Part shown: positions 59,428 to 64,000 of the stretch, piece after piece | Layout: the number at the start of each line of letters is the position of its first letter | Position numbering within the stretch: position 1 is the first letter of the stretch | IMG/VR virus record: IMGVR_UViG_3300032288_004964 | Location: 186,001-250,000 of that record | Length of the DNA: 64,000 bases | Direction: 5' to 3' (one strand) | Translations under genes and position numbers: made by a program | Notes under the pieces: model-generated | What the model was told of the DNA's origin: nothing | Seen by the model: only the letters and a program-made list of their open reading frames with translations | Database searches by the model: none

Positions 59428-59512
59428 GATCCTGTCGCTTAGCGGCTATAGCAACTGGCTTTTAACCAGTAGAGAGAAATCTCAACCGTGGGTTCGAGTC
59501 CCACCAGGATCA
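59428..59512 (+). tRNA. tRNA-Lys(UUU) with long variable arm
   Basis: GATCCTG/CAGGATC, ACTGG-CTTTTAA-CCAGT, 17-nt variable region A-GAGA-GAAA-TCTC-AACC. Confidence 0.88.
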
Positions 59513-59517
59513 CTAAA

Positions 59518-59598
59518 GCTTTCGTCGCTTAGTGGCTATAGCAACTGGCTCTTAACCAGTCGAGAAATCAACCGTGGGTTCGAGTCCCACCGAAAGCA
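59518..59598 (+). tRNA. tRNA-Lys(CUU) with extended variable arm
   Basis: GCTTTCG/CGAAAGC, ACTGG-CTCTTAA-CCAGT, 13-nt variable region C-GA-GAAA-TC-AACC. Confidence 0.88.
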
Positions 59599-59607
59599 CA
59601 AATATAT

Positions 59608-59737
59608 GGGGAGTTAGCTCAGTGGTAGAGTATATATAACCTCTTTTGAAATTTTACCTCACAAGAGTGTTGATTAAAAGAGTTACTTCGTTTGAATTGA
59701 AATCAAAAGGTCATAGGTTCGAATCCTATACTCCCCG
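59608..59737 (+). tRNA. Interrupted tRNA-like gene of uncertain identity, with a 58-nt insertion between the D-arm and anticodon arm
   Basis: GGGGAGT/ACTCCCC acceptor, GCTC-AGTGGTA-GAGT D-arm, ATAGG-TTCGAAT-CCTAT T-arm, TTTGA-ATTGAAA-TCAAA arm. Confidence 0.6.
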
Positions 59738-59756
59738 CAAAAAAGAAAAATAAATT

Positions 59757-59831
59757 ATGAAAAATATTAATACATCAAAGTCGTCAAGTAGTCGCTCGTC
59801 AAGAATGAGTGAGATTCGATTGTATTCATAA
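59757..59831 (+). promoter_or_regulatory. Ser/Arg-rich leader peptide MKNINTSKSSSSRSSRMSEIRLYS
   Basis: 24 aa with 9 Ser and 3 Arg codons, upstream of a terminator and tRNA-Arg plus three tRNA-Ser. Confidence 0.8.
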
Positions 59832-59850
59832 TAGTCAGAAGATATTTATG

Positions 59851-59888
59851 AAACCCTCGAATCTAATGATTTGAGGGTTTTTTATTTT
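59851..59888 (+). terminator. Intrinsic terminator (attenuator) directly upstream of tRNA-Arg
   Basis: AAACCCTCGAATC-TAAT-GATTTGAGGGTTT 13-bp stem (one G-U) plus TTTATTTT. Confidence 0.85.
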
Positions 59889-59893
59889 AATAT

Positions 59894-59967
59894 GGTTCCA
59901 TCGTTCAACTGGATAGGACACTCGGCTACGAACCGAGAGATTGGGGATTCGAATTCCTCTGGAACTA
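59894..59967 (+). tRNA. tRNA-Arg(ACG)
   Basis: GGTTCCA/TGGAACT, CTCGG-CTACGAA-CCGAG, GGGGA-TTCGAAT-TCCTC. Confidence 0.92.
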
Positions 59968-59972
59968 CAAAA

Positions 59973-60059
59973 GGAAAAGTAACTTAGCCGGCGCTAAGCA
60001 CAGTCTTGAAAACTGCTGGTACCTACGGGTATGGGGATCGACACCTCACTTTTTCGCCA
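59973..60059 (+). tRNA. tRNA-Ser(UGA), atypical (6-bp D-stem, can fold 8/4)
   Basis: GGAAAAGT/ACTTTTTC, CTTAGC-CGGC-GCTAAG, CAGT-CTTGAAA-ACTG, long variable arm, GCCA end. Confidence 0.85.
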
Positions 60060-60062
60060 AAT

Positions 60063-60148
60063 GGAGAGTAATCTAGTCTGGTGACTAGCACCGCCTGCTA
60101 AGCGTGTGGTACGTTTAATCGTATGGAGTTCAATTCTTCTACTCTCCG
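60063..60148 (+). tRNA. tRNA-Ser(GCU), 8/4 cloverleaf
   Basis: GGAGAGTA/TACTCTCC 8-bp acceptor, GGAG-TTCAATT-CTTC 4-bp T-stem, CTAGTC-TGGT-GACTAG D-arm, CT-GCT-AA loop. Confidence 0.85.
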
Positions 60149-60153
60149 CAAAA

Positions 60154-60239
60154 GGAAGATAATCTAGTCTGGTGACTAGCCACGCCTGGAAAGCGTTGGG
60201 TGCGTTCAATCGCATGGGATTCGATTTCTCTATCTTCCG
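60154..60239 (+). tRNA. tRNA-Ser(GGA), 8/4 cloverleaf
   Basis: GGAAGATA/TATCTTCC 8-bp acceptor, GGGA-TTCGATT-TCTC 4-bp T-stem, same D-arm, CT-GGA-AA loop. Confidence 0.85.
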
Positions 60240-60242
60240 CAA

Positions 60243-60539
60243 ATGGTAGCAATAGTTAAAATAAAAATTACATACTTTAGAAAGTCAGCAAGTGCTGAAG
60301 ATGGTAGTATTATTTGGGTTTATAAAACTAAAGATGAATCATTACATAACGGTAGTGGAATAAGTGAATCAGCTTTAGACAGAAGTGGTTATAAATTAAT
60401 GAAATATAATAGTGATTTAGAACAATATGCAATTGACTTATCATTTAATGGTAAAAAAGATATAATTTATTCATCAATTGAAAGTGAAATTAGACCTTTA
60501 TTAAGAAACAAATTATTAACAGAATTATTAGAATATTAA
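60243..60539 (+). CDS. Hypothetical protein with C-terminal RNKLLTELL motif
   Basis: 98 aa starting just after the last tRNA. Confidence 0.5.
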   Translation: MVAIVKIKITYFRKSASAEDGSIIWVYKTKDESLHNGSGISESALDRSGYKLMKYNSDLEQYAIDLSFNGKKDIIYSSIESEIRPLLRNKLLTELLEY

Positions 60540-60540
60540 A

Positions 60541-60852
60541 ATGGAAACAATATATTTAAGACATAGAAGAGGTTCTACCTCATTTGAAGGAACTTTGAGT
60601 TTACTTCAAGATTTATTAACATCTAGATTACTTCCTGGATATAGAAGAATTTGGGTACAAGGTAGTAACTCAGGTAGAGCAAATTTAGTATTTACTATTT
60701 TTCAAGATGGTAGAGATTATAGAATGGAGTTTTTAACTATTTCAAGTTTTAGACAATGGAGACCTGACGGTGACATTGAAACAGAAATTAGATTAATTGA
60801 AGAATTGATTGATAGATTAAAATCGGATATTTTATCAAAAATTATAGAATAA
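60541..60852 (+). CDS. Hypothetical protein
   Basis: 103 aa. Confidence 0.5.
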   Translation: METIYLRHRRGSTSFEGTLSLLQDLLTSRLLPGYRRIWVQGSNSGRANLVFTIFQDGRDYRMEFLTISSFRQWRPDGDIETEIRLIEELIDRLKSDILSKIIE

Positions 60853-60958
60853 AGAAAGGATAAATGATATATAGAATTATGAAAGTCATAAAATATATCA
60901 TTTATCCCTTTGTTTATTATATTCAATGTAGAATTGAATCTAGAAAGAACTTTTAAAA

Positions 60959-63900
60959 CTAATCATATACTCTTATTTCAATTGATGCTCCCATGAGGCC
61001 GTCAACTAATACATTAAAATTGAAATAAGTAGCTAATAATATTTGAGATGTATAAACTGCCGGTACAACTGTTCTATCAGGTGCTGCAGTATTAGTAATA
61101 AAAACAACACATTTAGTTGGATCAAACAACACATTTGTTGCTTGATAGACACCAGTTGATACATAGTCCCATGTTGGATTAAATCCAAGTGTATTTTTAA
61201 AAACCTGTGTTGTTGTTAATGATGATGTAACACCATATCCATTACCAATTAGATTGGCAACATATACTTTATATCCATTGGATAAATTAGATGATGCTGT
61301 CCAAGTACCAACACCATTAGTATCAGATACTAAAACATAACCATCTGATTGTGTTGTATCTTCTAATCTAAATGCTCCTGATTGTGTAGCATAAACATGC
61401 AATTTAGCAGTAGATGATGCTGTTCCTATACCCACTTGACCATTAAATACATATTTATGTAGAGTACCAGATTCTCCAAAATTAAATTCATTATCTTGTG
61501 TAGTTATAGAATTATATCCAATTGCCCAAGAGTTATTATGTGATGACACAGCATTTCTACCTATTGCTACACCTCTAACACTTGAGTTAACAGTCGATGA
61601 TCTACCAATTGCTATACCATCTGTTGTACCTGAAACAATATTTGAAAATAAACCAACCGCTATACCATCATCAGATGAGACTACACCAGACCCAATAGCA
61701 ATAGCTCCACCATTTCCAGAGTCATTAAGTGTATTACCATTACCTATTGATATATTAGGTGCTCCAAATCCTTGACTCATCTTAATAGCTGTATAAGATC
61801 CAATATTATATGAACTAGAAAGTCCTGATAATTTAATATTACCACTTACTTCTAATTTTTCGGAAGGAGTTGTGGTTCCAATTCCAACATTTGAGCCAGT
61901 TACATAAATAGAACTTGTTGATGAAAGTGTTGTAGATGATGTATAATAAGGCACATAATTAGTACTTCCTGATAATGAAGTGCTTGATGTTGCTATCAAT
62001 AATCCATCAACACTTACTGCTACAAGACAAGAAACTGATGATGTCATAGATGTTATAATGATATCATTAGCATGAGCCGTATATTGTCTACTTGCGGTTA
62101 TGTTAGATCCTAAAATAGAAGATCCTGTCATACCATTTGTAGTATTATTACATCCACCAATTATAGAACCAAATGGTGCATTTGAAGTATTACAATAACC
62201 CCCACCTATAGCAGAATAAGATGAGCAATATCCAGAAATTGTATTTTGTTGACCACCTCCTATTGTTGAAAATGATGAATTAGTACCTGATATTGTATTT
62301 GCTATACCACCTCCTATTGTTGAATTAATTGAAGAATACCCAGAGATTGTATTTGAATTACCACCATTTATAGTTGAGTGATACGAATAATAACCTGAGA
62401 TTGTATTTTGTTGACCACCACCTATATTTGAGTTATTTGAATATTGACCACTTATTGAGTTTAATGATCCACCATTTATAGTTGAGTTGTATGAGTTGAA
62501 TCCAGATATTGTATTTTGTTGACCACCTCCTACTGTTGAACTATATGAATTAAATCCAGATATTGTATTTAATGTACCACCGCTTATAGTTGATCTATAT
62601 GAATTTGTACCAGATATTACGTTTTGAACACCTCCGCTTATAGTTGAGCAATGTGAATAAGTACCACATATTTTGTTTAAGCGTCCGCCTCCTATTGTTG
62701 AATCTATTGAGCAGTATCCAGATATTTCGTTTTGTCTACCACCAGATATAGTTGATTGATGAGAGAATTGACCTGAGATTGTATTTTGACATCCACCACT
62801 TATAGTTGAAGAGTTACTAGTAGCTCCAGAGATAATATTACAAGAACCTCCACTTATTGTTGAATAATATGAAATATTTCCAGAGATTAAATTACAATAT
62901 CCACCGCTTATAGTTGAAATAGTAGAAGTATTACCAGAGATTGTATTAAGTTTACCACCACCTATAAATGATTGATATGAGTAAAGACCAGAAACTATAT
63001 TATAATAACCACCACTTATAGTTGAAAAACATGAATTGGTACCAGAAATTGAATTAGATCTACCACCGCTTATAGTTGAATATTCCGAATTAATTCCAGA
63101 TATTATATTGGCGTTTCCTCCTCCTATTGCTGAAAAAAATGAGTTAGAACCAGAGATTGTATTACAAGAACCTCCTCCTATTGTCGAATTATCTGAATTA
63201 GGACCAGATATTGTGTTCGTCTGTCCACCGGATATAGTAGAGTAATATGAATTAATTCCAGAAATTGTATTATCACATCCACCACTTATAGTTGATTGAT
63301 ATGAATTTGTACCTGAAATTTTATTTAATTGACCACCAGATATAGTGGAATAATAAGAAGATTTACCAGAGATTGTATTAGTACTACCACCACCTATAGC
63401 TGAGTAATATGAACATTCTCCAGAGATTGTATTTGTTAGACCACCACTTATTGTAGATCTATATGAATTTGTACCTGAAATTATATTATTATAACCCCCA
63501 CCTATAGTAGAAGAATCTGAATTATATCCTGATATTGTATTAGTACCACCACCACTTATAGTTGATTGATATGAATAACAACCAGAGATTGTATTAGTAC
63601 TACCACCACTTATAGTTGATTTTTGTGAGTAAAAACCAGAGATTGTATTAGTACTACCACCACTTATAGTTGATTTTTGTGAATAATATCCAGATATTGT
63701 ATTTTGCTGACCACCTCCTATAGTTGATAAGCACGCACTGTAGTATGATGAAACTGTATTACAACATCCACCACTTATAGTTGATAAACATGAACTCTCT
63801 ATACAATTACAATAACCACCACTTATAGTTGAACAATTTGAGCTAGATATATAATTAAAATAACCACCACTTATAGTTGATCTATATGAATAAGAGCAGA

Positions 63901-64000
63901 TCATATTTGCTTCACCACCACTTATAGTTGATAAGCATGAGTCAGTTATACAATTATTCCAACCGCCGCCTATATTAGAGTAATTTGATGCTCTTATTGT
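60959..64000 (-). CDS. Tail fibre/adhesin-like protein with many STISGGxxNxISG repeats and a YadA-head-like segment; 5' end truncated by the window
   Basis: Frame remains open from 63904 to 64000; about 17-18-aa tandem repeats, AIAIG/GIAVG/GIAIG/GVAIG motifs, NVGIGTTTPSEKLEV motif. Confidence 0.75.
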   Translation of the reverse strand, partial: TIRASNYSNIGGGWNNCITDSCLSTISGGEANMICSYSYRSTISGGYFNYISSSNCSTISGGYCNCIESSCLSTISGGCCNTVSSYYSACLSTIGGGQQNTISGYYSQKSTISGGSTNTISGFYSQKSTISGGSTNTISGCYSYQSTISGGGTNTISGYNSDSSTIGGGYNNIISGTNSYRSTISGGLTNTISGECSYYSAIGGGSTNTISGKSSYYSTISGGQLNKISGTNSYQSTISGGCDNTISGINSYYSTISGGQTNTISGPNSDNSTIGGGSCNTISGSNSFFSAIGGGNANIISGINSEYSTISGGRSNSISGTNSCFSTISGGYYNIVSGLYSYQSFIGGGKLNTISGNTSTISTISGGYCNLISGNISYYSTISGGSCNIISGATSNSSTISGGCQNTISGQFSHQSTISGGRQNEISGYCSIDSTIGGGRLNKICGTYSHCSTISGGVQNVISGTNSYRSTISGGTLNTISGFNSYSSTVGGGQQNTISGFNSYNSTINGGSLNSISGQYSNNSNIGGGQQNTISGYYSYHSTINGGNSNTISGYSSINSTIGGGIANTISGTNSSFSTIGGGQQNTISGYCSSYSAIGGGYCNTSNAPFGSIIGGCNNTTNGMTGSSILGSNITASRQYTAHANDIIITSMTSSVSCLVAVSVDGLLIATSSTSLSGSTNYVPYYTSSTTLSSTSSIYVTGSNVGIGTTTPSEKLEVSGNIKLSGLSSSYNIGSYTAIKMSQGFGAPNISIGNGNTLNDSGNGGAIAIGSGVVSSDDGIAVGLFSNIVSGTTDGIAIGRSSTVNSSVRGVAIGRNAVSSHNNSWAIGYNSITTQDNEFNFGESGTLHKYVFNGQVGIGTASSTAKLHVYATQSGAFRLEDTTQSDGYVLVSDTNGVGTWTASSNLSNGYKVYVANLIGNGYGVTSSLTTTQVFKNTLGFNPTWDYVSTGVYQATNVLFDPTKCVVFITNTAAPDRTVVPAVYTSQILLATYFNFNVLVDGLMGASIEIRVYD

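Noticed and set aside
58815-60239. Amber suppressor tRNA (CUA anticodon) explaining the TAG readthrough
   Set aside because: None of the 13 tRNA-like genes has a CTA anticodon; one could exist outside this window
59973-60239. Selenocysteine tRNA (selC)
   Set aside because: D-arms are Sec-like and one gene begins GGAAGAT, but the anticodons are TGA, GCT and GGA, not TCA
58926-60242. Minus-strand ORFs 58926-59120 and 59994-60242
   Set aside because: They are antisense to well-formed tRNA genes; shadow ORFs
1809-63245. Short nested or antisense ORFs in the track (for example 1809, 3048, 3669, 5012, 5286, 6656, 7355, 7763, 12999, 15088, 15835, 26576, 31804, 38209, 39578, 45971, 46625, 47342, 47761, 48299, 48553, 48986, 50759, 52237, 55910, 60717, 63036)
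   Set aside because: They lie within or opposite longer, motif-bearing genes and lack recognisable motifs or initiation context
1-64000. Genome-wide stop-codon reassignment (TAG as Gln, code 15)
   Set aside because: Genes up to 1565 aa are intact and tile tightly in code 11; in-frame TAGs were found only at codon 3-4 of three clustered ORFs
60959-64000. CRISPR array or diversity-generating retroelement repeats
   Set aside because: Repeats are in-frame coding units without unique spacers; no cas or reverse transcriptase gene in the window
1-64000. Bacterial chromosome origin of the host-like genes (rpsU, rpsA, smpB, ligA, coaE, trxA)
   Set aside because: They lack normal bacterial operon context and are interspersed with phage-type structural genes, a gp46-like ATPase and T4-like targeting motifs; a full-contig check for terminase, capsid and rRNA genes would confirm

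Overview
This is a strongly AT-rich, densely packed segment of a very large (jumbo/huge) phage genome, most likely a T4-like myovirus infecting Bacteroidota. The host inference rests on TTG-N19/20-TAnnTTTG promoters, A-rich SD-less translation starts and a T9SS type-B cargo protein; the phage call rests on a gp46/Rad50-like ATPase, T4-like capsid-targeting N-termini and short fragments resembling capsid, sheath and terminase proteins. Standard genetic code fits: long ORFs tile the window. Contents: large virion/adhesin-type proteins, replication/repair genes (Rad50/SbcC-like, NAD-dependent ligase, Dam-like methylase), host-like genes (bS21, bS1, L7/L12-like, SmpB, YqeY, sigma-70/ECF factor, thioredoxin, DnaJ, Sir2, CoaE, M16/M28 peptidases), many small hypotheticals and 13 tRNA or tRNA-like genes. 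The most striking region is 56.2-60.3 kb, which looks like a translation-surveillance module invisible in the ORF track. (1) A leader ORF, a Pth2-like gene and an HD-hydrolase gene each carry an in-frame TAG-ATT at codon 3-4, and the leader overlaps a terminator, suggesting a UAG-readthrough-gated operon. (2) The tRNA cluster is punctuated by short leader ORFs rich in the amino acids of the downstream tRNAs (His/Phe/Trp, Lys, Ser/Arg); two of them have terminator plus antiterminator pairings, suggesting ribosome-mediated attenuation of tRNA genes. Several tRNAs are structurally atypical. All mechanisms are inferred from sequence alone; no database searches or folding programs were run.
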